Assembly (NCBI GenBank): GCA_017500855.1
Contig: JAFVYC010000039.1
Location: 12,064 to 76,063, forward strand
Direction: 5' to 3'
DNA length: 64,000 bases
DNA from: Clostridia bacterium
GTDB taxonomy: Bacteria > Bacillota > Clostridia > Christensenellales > CAG-314
In this document: piece after piece, positions 36,580 through 46,183 of the stretch
Layout: each line of letters starts with the position of its first letter
Numbering within the stretch: the first letter of the stretch is position 1
Notes under the pieces: model-generated
Databases searched by the model: none
The model's input: the letters and a program-made list of their open reading frames with translations, nothing else
What the model was told of the DNA's origin: nothing
Made by a program: the position numbers and the translations under genes

Positions 36580-38256
36580 CTACAAATTCAAAATCTTTTC
36601 CACACTTTCCACAACCAAACGGAAAGATTCTTCCTCGAATGGGGAAAGAAGGTCGCATTCCTCAATCAGTTCCACAAAGGATTTTGTTCCGCCAAAGTCC
36701 AAAAACTTGTTGTACTTTGCAAAAGTTGCGTTAAAATCTTGTTGAGAAAGCGCCAAGAATTGCAAAGCCATGAATTGCGCAAGGCAGTAGTCGATGTAGT
36801 AGAATGGGCTTTCGAAAATGTGCGCTTGGCGTTGCCAACGGCGTCCATCTTGCAAGCCAACAATGCCTTCCGTCGTCATGCTGGGGATGAACTGCTTTTC
36901 CAACTTGTTGTAGGTTTGACAACGTTCGGCAGGTGTCATTTCGGGGTTGTCGTAGCAAATTTGTTGGAAGTAGTCCACAATTGTGCCGTAGGGGATGAAA
37001 GTTACTGCGCCACCAATGTGGGAGAACTTGTACTCTTCCGTTTTGTCGCCAAAGAACAGTTGTATCCAAGGGTAGGTCAAAAATTCCATGCTCATGCTGT
37101 GCACTTCGGCAGTTTCCATGCTGATGCTAGACAAAAACTCCGTTTCAATGAAAAACGCCTTGTATGCTTCCAATGCGTGGCCAAATTCGTGCGTCAACAC
37201 GTCGATGTCGCCGGAAGATCCGTTCCAGTTGGACAAAATGAAGGGAAGTTGGTACTCCGGCAAACTTGTGCAGTAGCCACCACCCCATTTGCCGGGGCGA
37301 CTCATCACGTCGAAGCACTCGCATTCCACCATTTTGTCGAACAATTTGCCTGTTTCTTGGCTCATTTCGTTGTACATTTTGCTTGCGTTTTGGAAAATTT
37401 GCTCCGGTGTGCCAATGGGCTTTGGTTCATCCTTGGTGAACACGTTGTGGTCGTAGAAATATTGCTTTTCCACGCCAATGTTTTGCCCTGCTTTTGCACG
37501 GATTTTGTTGGCAAGTGGCACGATGTACTTCAAAACGTTTTGGCGGAACTTGGCAATGTCTTGCTTGGTGTAGCAGTTGCGTTGCATTTGAAGGTAGCCA
37601 AGTGGCGAAAAGTTTTGGTAGCCAAGTTTTTGCGCCATTTTGGTGCGCACGGCAACAAGTTTGTTGTAGATTTCGTCCAACTTGTCCTTGTTGTCTTCCA
37701 ACGCTTGGCCAAGGCAGATGGACGCTTGCTTGCGCAATTGCCTGTCGGGATGCACGTTGTACTTGGAAAGTCCGCTGAGTGGCAACGTTTCGCCGTTGAT
37801 TTGCACGGTGATGGAACTCATCAATTTTGTGTAGGAAGTGGTAAGTTTGTTTTCTTCCACACGCAAATCTACAATTAGTGGGCTGGAAGCATCCACCCTC
37901 ATTTGAAGGTTAGTGAACATTACCTTGGGGAAAACTTTTTCCAATTCAGCACGGAAAGGGCTGTTCAAGTAGCAAAGCGCAACTTCCGCTTGCGCAACGG
38001 AAATTTCCGGCGAAACTTCGTCCCAAAAGTCTTGTTCGCTTGCGTAGAATTGGTCGGTTGTGTTTTGGGAAAAACGGATGAAGCACAGCGATGGGCTTGT
38101 GCTGTTTTTTGTGTCGAACTGTTTGAATTCTTGGTGAATTTGCAAAAATTCTTGCACACTTTGTGCGTTTTGAAAGCGACTTTTGAAGTTTGCAAGTTGT
38201 TGCAAAAGTTCATCCTTGTTGGGCCTTTCGTACTTGATTTGAGAAATTTTTACCAT
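36580..38256 (-). CDS. pepF: M3-family oligoendopeptidase F
   Basis: 558 aa. Zinc motif LTHEFGHALE with a downstream E. Overall PepF-like length and N-terminal helical domain. AGGAGG SD. Confidence 0.85.
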   Translation of the reverse strand: MVKISQIKYERPNKDELLQQLANFKSRFQNAQSVQEFLQIHQEFKQFDTKNSTSPSLCFIRFSQNTTDQFYASEQDFWDEVSPEISVAQAEVALCYLNSPFRAELEKVFPKVMFTNLQMRVDASSPLIVDLRVEENKLTTSYTKLMSSITVQINGETLPLSGLSKYNVHPDRQLRKQASICLGQALEDNKDKLDEIYNKLVAVRTKMAQKLGYQNFSPLGYLQMQRNCYTKQDIAKFRQNVLKYIVPLANKIRAKAGQNIGVEKQYFYDHNVFTKDEPKPIGTPEQIFQNASKMYNEMSQETGKLFDKMVECECFDVMSRPGKWGGGYCTSLPEYQLPFILSNWNGSSGDIDVLTHEFGHALEAYKAFFIETEFLSSISMETAEVHSMSMEFLTYPWIQLFFGDKTEEYKFSHIGGAVTFIPYGTIVDYFQQICYDNPEMTPAERCQTYNKLEKQFIPSMTTEGIVGLQDGRRWQRQAHIFESPFYYIDYCLAQFMALQFLALSQQDFNATFAKYNKFLDFGGTKSFVELIEECDLLSPFEEESFRLVVESVEKILNL

Positions 38257-38271
38257 TTGTTTTGCCTCCTG

Positions 38272-38970
38272 TTACTTTAGTTGAAGAATTTGCCCCGTTT
38301 CGCCACACGTTGCCAATTTGAAGATTTGCTCGGCAACTTGGCTTGGCGTGTACACTCGTGTGCCTGTGCGCTCGGTGAATTCGGCAATGTCTTGCGCAGT
38401 CAAGTCAGCGCACATGTCCGTTGCCACAATGGGTGGGCAAATGCAGTTGACGGAAATTCCCGTGTGTTGCAATTCCAACGCCAACGACTTTGTCAGCCCA
38501 ACAACGGCAAATTTGCTCATGCTGTACACGCTTTCGCACGATGCGCCTTGTAGCCCCCAAATGGAAGAAACGTTGACGATGCTTGCGCCACTTGTCATGA
38601 TGGGCAAAGCGTGCTTTGCGCAAAAGAACGTGCCCCTTGCGTTGGTGTTCATCACGGCGTCGTAGTCGTCGATGGTAACGTCTCGGCACATTGCCGAAAG
38701 GGAAATGCCTGCGTTGTTGACAAGCACGTCCAACCGCTTGAAATAGTGCTTGACGAAGTAGAACATTGCCATGACTTGCACGGGGTCGGCAACGTTTGCC
38801 TTGTAGAGATGCACGCCACAACCTTCCTGCTCCATTTGGCGCTTGAGGTCGTTTGCTTCTTGCATGCTTCGATGGTAGTTGAGAATGACGGTGTAGCCGT
38901 TTCTTGCAAAATATTTGACGGTTTCGGCGCCGATGCCACGAGATCCGCCTGTGACGAGTGCAACTTTCAT
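38272..38970 (-). CDS. Short-chain dehydrogenase/reductase (FabG-like)
   Basis: TGGSRGIG cofactor motif, NNAG, and the catalytic S...YSMSK tetrad. Confidence 0.85.
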   Translation of the reverse strand: MKVALVTGGSRGIGAETVKYFARNGYTVILNYHRSMQEANDLKRQMEQEGCGVHLYKANVADPVQVMAMFYFVKHYFKRLDVLVNNAGISLSAMCRDVTIDDYDAVMNTNARGTFFCAKHALPIMTSGASIVNVSSIWGLQGASCESVYSMSKFAVVGLTKSLALELQHTGISVNCICPPIVATDMCADLTAQDIAEFTERTGTRVYTPSQVAEQIFKLATCGETGQILQLK

Positions 38971-38982
38971 TTGTTTTTGCTC

Positions 38983-40857
38983 CTACTGCTGTTCTTGCAG
39001 TTGTTCCCATTGCTCCATTGCCTGTTCCATTTGTGCATTTGCCCGGTTGATTTGGTCAAGCACAACGGAAAGTTTGGCGTAGTCACTTGCCACTTCCGGC
39101 TGTGACATTTGGGCGTTGAGTTGTTCCAGTTGTTGTTCGATTAGCGTGATTTGCTCTTCCAATTGCTTCAACAGTTTTGCCCTGTTTGTTTGTTCGGCTC
39201 GCTGTTTTGCATTGCGGTAAGTAGTTTGTTTGGGCTTTTCCAGCGGTGTTTGCACCACCGTTTTGCGAGATGCAAAATCGTCGTAGTTGCCGTCGTGGCA
39301 CACAATTTTTCCGCCGTCCAATTCGGCAATTTTTGTGGCAACGCTGTTGACAAAATACCTGTCGTGCGAAACGAAAAGTACCGTACCCGTGTAGCAACAA
39401 AGCGCTTCTTCCAGCGCTTCTCGGCTGGGCAAATCCAAGTGGTTTGTCGGCTCGTCCAACAACAACAAATTGCAGTCCTTTGCCATGATCATGGCAAGCC
39501 CAAGTTTGGCACGTTCCCCACCGGAAAGTTGGCCAACAAGTTTGAAAACGTCGTCGGCGCCCAACGTGACTTGCGCAAGCAAACTGCGCACTTCCGTTTG
39601 CGACATTCGGGTGTTGTCGAACCACAGTTGATCCATTACCCTGAGATTGCTTTGAAGATTGACGTTTTCTTGGTCGTAGTAGCCCATGCGCACGTTTTTG
39701 CCAAAGATGATTTTGCCCAAGTCTTGTGGGTTTTGGCTTGCAATGCGCTTGATAAGCGTTGATTTGCCCGTGCCGTTAAGCCCCAAAAGCGCAACTTTTT
39801 GTCCACGGCGAATTTCCGTGGAAACGCTGTCCAGCAAAATTTTGCCATCGAAACCAAGAGTGAGGTTTTTGATTGTCAACGGGTACTCGGATGGCTCGGA
39901 CGTGTAGGAAAAAGCAAACTTTGGTGGGCGTTCGTCCCCCTTGGGTTGCTCAATTACTTGCATTTTGGCAAGAGTTTTTTCACGAGATTTTGCCATGTCG
40001 GCAGTGCTTGCACGCACCTTGTTGCGGTCGATGTAGTCTTGCAGTTTGGCAATTTCCTTTTGTTGCTTGTCGTACTGCTTTTCGATGGTTTGCAAGCGCT
40101 GTTTTTTGAGAAGTTTGTACTTGGTGTAGTTGCCCTTGTAGGCAACGATTTGTTGGTGTTGCAAATCCCAAATGGACGTGCAAAGTTTGTCCAAAAAGTA
40201 CCTGTCGTGGGAAACGACGATGAGTGTGGACTTGTTGTCGGAAAGGAAAGTTTCCAACCAATCCAACGTTTTGTAGTCCAAGTGGTTGGTGGGCTCGTCC
40301 AAAATCATCAGTTCGGGGCGTTGCAACAGCAGTTTGCACAGGCACGCCTTGGTTTTTTCCCCACCACTTAGCGTGGAAACAACACGGTTGGCAAAGCCCA
40401 TCATTCCCATGCCGTTCAACACGGTTTTGACTTTGACTTCCACGTTGTAGGCATCCAAAACGTCTGCTTGCACGCTCAGTTTGTGGTACTTGTCGGCAAG
40501 TTGCCTGTAGGTCAAAGTGTTTTCACTTTCCAACGCCATTTGGTCGGAAACGCACTTGATTTGTTCAATTAGTTGAAGATGTTTTGCAAAAACCAACATC
40601 ATTTCGTCGTAGACGGTGTTTTGCGAGTCGAAGTCGGCATTTTGCTTCAAGTAGCCGATGGAAAGCCCGTTGCGCTTGAAAATGCTACCTTCAAAAAGTG
40701 GCAAATCCTCGGCAATGCAACGCAAAAGGGTACTTTTTCCCGTACCGTTTGCGCCAACAAGCCCAATGTTGTCGCCCTCGTTGACTTCGAGGTTGACGTC
40801 TTGAAAAATTGTTACATCCCCAAAACGGAAATGTGCCGATTTGATTTGCAAAAGCAT
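38983..40857 (-). CDS. ABC-F family ATPase (two NBDs, no TMD; translation-factor type)
   Basis: ORF 38983-40869. ATG 40857 lies 6 nt after GGAG. GANGTGKST and GLNGTGKST Walker A motifs, two LSGGE signatures, an inter-domain linker and a C-terminal coiled coil. Confidence 0.88.
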   Translation of the reverse strand: MLLQIKSAHFRFGDVTIFQDVNLEVNEGDNIGLVGANGTGKSTLLRCIAEDLPLFEGSIFKRNGLSIGYLKQNADFDSQNTVYDEMMLVFAKHLQLIEQIKCVSDQMALESENTLTYRQLADKYHKLSVQADVLDAYNVEVKVKTVLNGMGMMGFANRVVSTLSGGEKTKACLCKLLLQRPELMILDEPTNHLDYKTLDWLETFLSDNKSTLIVVSHDRYFLDKLCTSIWDLQHQQIVAYKGNYTKYKLLKKQRLQTIEKQYDKQQKEIAKLQDYIDRNKVRASTADMAKSREKTLAKMQVIEQPKGDERPPKFAFSYTSEPSEYPLTIKNLTLGFDGKILLDSVSTEIRRGQKVALLGLNGTGKSTLIKRIASQNPQDLGKIIFGKNVRMGYYDQENVNLQSNLRVMDQLWFDNTRMSQTEVRSLLAQVTLGADDVFKLVGQLSGGERAKLGLAMIMAKDCNLLLLDEPTNHLDLPSREALEEALCCYTGTVLFVSHDRYFVNSVATKIAELDGGKIVCHDGNYDDFASRKTVVQTPLEKPKQTTYRNAKQRAEQTNRAKLLKQLEEQITLIEQQLEQLNAQMSQPEVASDYAKLSVVLDQINRANAQMEQAMEQWEQLQEQQ

Positions 40858-40942
40858 TTTGTTCTCCACACGGGTTTTGCACCGTTACTGTTGTTTTTAG
40901 TGAGTTTTTTGCACCACGGGGTGCTTGTTTTGAATTTTTGGG

Positions 40943-43423
40943 CTACTTTGTTTTGCCCTTGTTGCGGTCGGCTCCAAGCACAAAACGCAAGCCGTACATC
41001 ACAAATGGAATTGCCAAAATTTCCACCAAGAGCAACAAAATTTGTTCTCGGTTGAGCGTTGCGTACTGGAAGAAATCCCTGCCAAACGGCGTGCAAATAC
41101 CAAGTAGCACCACCAACCACACACCAACGTACAACGGCTTTTTCCACCAGCGGTCGAAGGGTTTGAAAGAGTGGTACAAGGCAAACAGCCCACCAAACGT
41201 GAAAGTTATGGTTACCAAAGTTCCAAGCGATGCGCTTGTGTCCAAAATGGACGGATTTGTGTAGTACTGCAACACGTACAGCGACACCGTGGAAACAATG
41301 AAAGTCAGCGAACTTGGCAAACAGCGCTTGACAACGTTGGGCAAAAACCTGCCCTTGATTTGGCTGTGGTTGGTTTGCAACGACAAAAATGCCGTTGGCA
41401 ATGCCACCACCACCCAGTCCAACAACGTCAGTTGCAAGTTTTCCAACGGGCTTGCAACTTGCTGATGGAAACCAAAGTGCATCACAAGCACCATGATGTT
41501 GATGACTACAATGTAGATTGTCTTCATGAAAAACATTGTGCTTGTGTTTTGAATGTTGTTGACAACTTGGCGTCCGTGCGCAACAACGTTGGGTAGCGTT
41601 GCAAAACTGTCGTTGAGCAGTACCAAGTGGGAAACTTTGCGTGCTGCGTCGCTTCCGCTTGCCATTGCAATGGAACAATCCGATTGCTTCATTGCCAAAA
41701 TGTCGTTTACGCCGTCCCCCGTCATGGCAACTTTGTGCCCTTGCCTCTTCATTTCCTTGATGAGAACAGCCTTTTGGTCGGGGGAAACCCTGCCAAACAC
41801 CGTGTACTTGGTGGCAACTTCCCGAACGGCTTCGTCCGTCATGCCTTCCAAACTGATGTAGTTTTCGGCATTTTCCACGCCAACACGCAATGCAATGTTG
41901 GAAACTGTGGAAGGGTCGTCGCCGGAAATCACACGAATAGACACACCGTTGTCCTTGAACCACTTGATGGTGTCCACAGCGTCACTGCGAACGTGGTCTT
42001 CGATGACAATCAAAGCCACGGGCCTGCGCACTTGGGGCAACGTGTCGGCTTTGGAAATGGTCGACGTGCTGTGCGCCAAAAGTAGCACACGCAAGCCTTC
42101 CTCGGCGTACTTGCGCACAAGTTCCATCACACGCTGACTAAGGTTCTTTGCAACAAATTCCGGCGCACCCAAAAAGTAGGTGCCGTTGTTTTTGAAAGAT
42201 ACTGCCGAAAACTTCCTCAGCGAGGAAAACGGCACTGTTGTTGTTGCTTCCAACACCGTTTTCTTTGGCGCACCGTAGAACTTTTTGAGTGCCTTTGAGG
42301 TGATGTTGTCGGCTTTTAGAGCGCTGTTGTAGCTAGACATTATTTCCCTGACGGTGTACAAAGCGCCGGGGTTGCGCAAATCCAAACTTTCCACCACCCT
42401 CATCGTGCCGTCGGTGATGGTACCCGTTTTGTCCAAACAAAGCGTGTCTACCCTTGCAAGCATTTCGATGCTGTACAGTTCTTGCGCCAATGCGCCTTGT
42501 TTGGTCAGTTTCACGAAGGAAACTGCCAACGCAACGCTGGTGAGCAAAAGTGGGCTGACGGGAATCATGGGGATGATGCTACCTGCCGTTCTTGTGATGG
42601 CAAGGTCGTTTAGCCCAAGCCACGTTGTTGTGCCTTCCACGCTGGAACCGTAGTAGTCGGCGTTCAAAACGTACAGACCAACAATCATTGGAACAATGAC
42701 CACGGCAACGCTGTACAAAATGGCTTTTAGCGAGCCAAGCACTTGGCTTTTGGGCTTTTGGTACTTTTTGGCTTTGCCAGACAAGGTGGAAATGTAGTTG
42801 AACTTGCCAACTGCTTCTACCCTTGCACGGCAACTGCCTGAAACAACAAAACTGCCTGCAAAAAGTTTTTCGCCAACGTTCTTGACAACGGCGTCGCTTT
42901 CGCCCGTCAAAATTGATTCGTTGACTTCCACGTAGCCGTCCAACACAATGCAGTCGGCGGAAATTTGGTAGCCACTTTCCAACGTCACAATGTCGTCCAG
43001 CACAACTTCGTCCACGTCCATTTGCGTTGTTTCGCCATCTCTTGTCACTTGCACTTTGGGTTGTGTGATGAGCGTTAGTTTTTGCAAAGTCATTTTGGCA
43101 CGGATTTCCTGCACGATGGCAATGAGCGTGTTGATGACTACCACCGGCAAAAACGTGCATTGCTCAAAGTGCCCGCACAGTATCAAAAAGGTGGCAATAA
43201 CTATGTAGATCAAGTTAAAAAACGTGAACGTGTTGGACAAAATGATGCCCAAAACACTTTTGCCCTTGTTGGTCGTGTCGGTGTTGACAAGCCCAAGTTC
43301 CAAGCGACTTTCCACCTGTTCGGCAGTCAAGCCCACGGCAACTTCCGGCGTGTACCTTGGCACGTTTTGCAAAGTTTTCAGTTTGCACGCAACTTTCTTT
43401 TTGTTGTCTTTGTTTGTTTCCAT
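40943..43423 (-). CDS. Cation-translocating P-type ATPase (HAD-IC type, substrate unknown)
   Basis: ORF 40943-43591. Start moved to ATG 43423. TGESD actuator motif, DKTGTIT phosphorylation site, MTGDGVNDILAMK hinge, about 10 TMs, no N-terminal metal-binding domain. Confidence 0.88.
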   Translation of the reverse strand: METNKDNKKKVACKLKTLQNVPRYTPEVAVGLTAEQVESRLELGLVNTDTTNKGKSVLGIILSNTFTFFNLIYIVIATFLILCGHFEQCTFLPVVVINTLIAIVQEIRAKMTLQKLTLITQPKVQVTRDGETTQMDVDEVVLDDIVTLESGYQISADCIVLDGYVEVNESILTGESDAVVKNVGEKLFAGSFVVSGSCRARVEAVGKFNYISTLSGKAKKYQKPKSQVLGSLKAILYSVAVVIVPMIVGLYVLNADYYGSSVEGTTTWLGLNDLAITRTAGSIIPMIPVSPLLLTSVALAVSFVKLTKQGALAQELYSIEMLARVDTLCLDKTGTITDGTMRVVESLDLRNPGALYTVREIMSSYNSALKADNITSKALKKFYGAPKKTVLEATTTVPFSSLRKFSAVSFKNNGTYFLGAPEFVAKNLSQRVMELVRKYAEEGLRVLLLAHSTSTISKADTLPQVRRPVALIVIEDHVRSDAVDTIKWFKDNGVSIRVISGDDPSTVSNIALRVGVENAENYISLEGMTDEAVREVATKYTVFGRVSPDQKAVLIKEMKRQGHKVAMTGDGVNDILAMKQSDCSIAMASGSDAARKVSHLVLLNDSFATLPNVVAHGRQVVNNIQNTSTMFFMKTIYIVVINIMVLVMHFGFHQQVASPLENLQLTLLDWVVVALPTAFLSLQTNHSQIKGRFLPNVVKRCLPSSLTFIVSTVSLYVLQYYTNPSILDTSASLGTLVTITFTFGGLFALYHSFKPFDRWWKKPLYVGVWLVVLLGICTPFGRDFFQYATLNREQILLLLVEILAIPFVMYGLRFVLGADRNKGKTK

Positions 43424-43433
43424 TTTTACCTGT

Positions 43434-43466
43434 TTTACAAAAAGGCACAACAAAAAATTGTGCCTT
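43434..43466 (-). terminator. Hairpin terminator/attenuator between hisS and the ATPase gene
   Basis: AAGGCACAA / TTGTGCCTT 9-bp stem, 7-nt loop, then TTTTTGT on the minus strand. Ends only about 10 nt before the ATPase ATG. Confidence 0.5.
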
Positions 43467-43475
43467 GTGTGTTTT

Positions 43476-44729
43476 CTAGTTGTTTGCAGGGGAAATCTCG
43501 TTGAGTTTTCCATCCTTGTAGTCGTAGATTTTGTAGCCTTGCTCGGAGAGTTGGCGAATTTGGTTTGCAAAGTTCTTGGCACGCTTGACAATGGTCACAC
43601 GGCATTTTTCACGCAGGTGACGGGCAATGTCCATAACTTCCACACGTTGCTTGCTGTCGGCAAATTTGGGCACCACAATGGCAATGCCGTTGTTGAGTTC
43701 GGCATTGATGCCACGTTCTTGCAAAAGCAAAACAATGCGTTCAAAACCAATGGAAAAACCGCAAGCAGGCACGTCGTTGCCAATGATTTTGCCAATCATC
43801 TTGTCGTAGCGACCACCACCGCCAACGGAACTTACCATGCCTTCCACGGAAATTTCGTAGATTGTGCCCGTGTAGTAGCCCATGCCACGCACAAGCGTCA
43901 CGTCGAACACAACTTTGCCGTTTTTGACGTTGTTGTTGCAAACGTACATGATTTCTTCCAAATTTTGGCGCACTTGGTCGGGCAAAAACTCGCCAAGTTC
44001 TTCCACACACTTTTGGAATGGGTTTTGGCTGGACGTGATGCGATTGATCATGTTGACAAAATCCAACGATTTGCCGGGGGCAATTTGTTCAATTTCGTCC
44101 ATCACGCCTGTGACGCCAATTTTGTCCAGCTTGTCCAAGGCGATGAACACCTTTTCCTTTTGCTCATCCAAAAAAGCGCAACGTTCCACAAGCGCATTGA
44201 GAAGGCGCCTGTCGTTCAGGCGAACCTTGACGTCGGAAAAACCAAGGTTAGCCAATGCTTGCATGGTTGCGGAAATCAGTTCCGTTTCGGCAATGTTGGT
44301 GTCCTCGCCAATGATGTCGATGTCACATTGCATAAATTGGCGAAAACGGCCACGTTGAGGACGGTCGGCACGCCAAACGTTGTCCATTTGCATTGCCTTG
44401 AACACTTGTGGCAATTTGCCTTGGTTGTTGGCGTAGAAGCGTGCAAGTGGAACGGTCAAGTCGTACCTTAAGCCAAGGTCGCACAAATCTCCGTCGCCTG
44501 TGGCGTTTTCCAACTTTTCGCCACGCTTCAAAATTTTGAAAATGAGTTTTTCGTTGTCGCCACCTTGCTTGGAAGTGAGCAAAGCAATGTTTTCCACAGC
44601 AGGTGTTTCTATGCGAGAAAATCCGTAGGATTCGTAGGTTTTTTGAATGACGTTGAGAACCCTTTGCCTAAGCGCAAATTCCGCAGGCAAAAAATCTCTC
44701 ATGCCTTTTGCAGGTGTTTTTTGTAGCAT
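43476..44729 (-). CDS. hisS: Histidine--tRNA ligase
   Basis: GMRDFLP, FKILKRGE..., WRADRPQRGRFRQFMQCD (motif 2), GGGGRYD (motif 3) and a C-terminal anticodon-binding domain. Confidence 0.92.
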   Translation of the reverse strand: MLQKTPAKGMRDFLPAEFALRQRVLNVIQKTYESYGFSRIETPAVENIALLTSKQGGDNEKLIFKILKRGEKLENATGDGDLCDLGLRYDLTVPLARFYANNQGKLPQVFKAMQMDNVWRADRPQRGRFRQFMQCDIDIIGEDTNIAETELISATMQALANLGFSDVKVRLNDRRLLNALVERCAFLDEQKEKVFIALDKLDKIGVTGVMDEIEQIAPGKSLDFVNMINRITSSQNPFQKCVEELGEFLPDQVRQNLEEIMYVCNNNVKNGKVVFDVTLVRGMGYYTGTIYEISVEGMVSSVGGGGRYDKMIGKIIGNDVPACGFSIGFERIVLLLQERGINAELNNGIAIVVPKFADSKQRVEVMDIARHLREKCRVTIVKRAKNFANQIRQLSEQGYKIYDYKDGKLNEISPANN

Positions 44730-44741
44730 TGTGTGTTCCTC

Positions 44742-46139
44742 CTACACGGTGTATTTGTCAACGTCCTGTGGAGCATTTTTCATTTCTTCGGCAAACGCTT
44801 CGTAGCCCTTTCTGCCAAACAATGCGTACACGGCGTTTTTGCCACCTTCTACGCCCGGTTGGTTGTAGGCGTTGATGTTGAGCATCACGCCAATGTAGGC
44901 TGTTTGCATTTGAAGCATGTACAACAGTGCGCCAATGTGGTACTCGTCAACTTTGTCCAAAGTGATGGTAAAGTTGGAACGACCACGCTTTGTCAATGCG
45001 TACTTGGTTGCGTACAGTTCGTTGGAAAGAAGGGTGCCCATTGTGTTGTTGCAAAGGAAGTTTACGTCCGGCACTTTGTCGCATCCAGCAGGGATGAAGA
45101 TGTCGGTGCGATAATTTGCAACTTCCAAGAAAGTGATGACTTTGTCGTAGGGGCCTTCGTTGAAAAGTTGAATGAGGATGTGTTGATCCGTTGCGCCAAG
45201 GCACTTCAACGGTGTTTGACCAACGTTGACAATGTTGCCGTCCACGTCCTTTTCCTTACCAAGGCTTTCGCCCCAAAGTTGGCAGTACCAATCGGCAACG
45301 TACTTCAAACTGTCGGCATAGGGCATCATCACAGACACGTTCTTGCCTTGTTTGATGGAAAGGTGTTGCAACAGCGCCATTGCAAGCGCAGGGTTTTTGT
45401 CGATGGACGTGTTGTTTTGGCAAAGTTGGTCCATTTCCCTTGCGCCACGAAGCATTTCTTCAATGTCGATGCCAACAACGGCAGCGGGAAGCAAGCCAAC
45501 TGGGCACAATTCGGAAAAACGTCCGCCAACGCCATCGGGAATGTAGAAAGTTTCGTAGCCTTCTTCCGTTGCAAGTTTGATGAGGTTGCCACGGCTTTCG
45601 CTTGTGGTAGCAATGACGTGCTCCCTTGCCTTCCTGCCAAACTTTTTGTTGAGCATATCCATTACCACAAGATATTGGCTCATTGTTTCGCTTGTTGCGC
45701 CGGACTTGGTGATGACGTTGAAAATTGTTGTGTTCAAGTCGATAACGTCCAACAAAGCGGAAATTCGTTCGGGGTCAACGTTGTCCAAAACGTAGAATTT
45801 GGGGGCTTTGCGCACGCTACGTGGCAATTCGTTGTAGTAGAGATGTTTGAGCGCATTGAAAACTGCAATTGGGCCAAGCGCAGAACCGCCAATGCCCAGC
45901 ACAACAAAAGTTTCGCATTCGTTTTGGATGCGTTTGGCAACTTCCTTGATGCGTGCAACAACGTCTTGTTGATTGTAGGGGCTGTCCATCCAGCCTTGCA
46001 TGCCCTTGCCCCTGTTTTGCTCCACCACTTGGTGTGCGTGCAGGCACAAATCGGCACTTTGGGCAAGTTGTTGGTCGGTGAGCCCATGCTCACCAAGCAC
46101 CCTTTGCATCATGTTGTTGTAGTTGACTTTGATACTCAT
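44742..46139 (-). CDS. pgi: Glucose-6-phosphate isomerase
   Basis: VVLGIGGSALGP, VITKSGATSET and CLGATDQHILIQL are PGI (bacterial short type) signatures. Confidence 0.9.
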   Translation of the reverse strand: MSIKVNYNNMMQRVLGEHGLTDQQLAQSADLCLHAHQVVEQNRGKGMQGWMDSPYNQQDVVARIKEVAKRIQNECETFVVLGIGGSALGPIAVFNALKHLYYNELPRSVRKAPKFYVLDNVDPERISALLDVIDLNTTIFNVITKSGATSETMSQYLVVMDMLNKKFGRKAREHVIATTSESRGNLIKLATEEGYETFYIPDGVGGRFSELCPVGLLPAAVVGIDIEEMLRGAREMDQLCQNNTSIDKNPALAMALLQHLSIKQGKNVSVMMPYADSLKYVADWYCQLWGESLGKEKDVDGNIVNVGQTPLKCLGATDQHILIQLFNEGPYDKVITFLEVANYRTDIFIPAGCDKVPDVNFLCNNTMGTLLSNELYATKYALTKRGRSNFTITLDKVDEYHIGALLYMLQMQTAYIGVMLNINAYNQPGVEGGKNAVYALFGRKGYEAFAEEMKNAPQDVDKYTV

Positions 46140-46183
46140 AGTCGTTCTCTCCTGTCAGATCAAAAAGAATTTTTCGACAACGT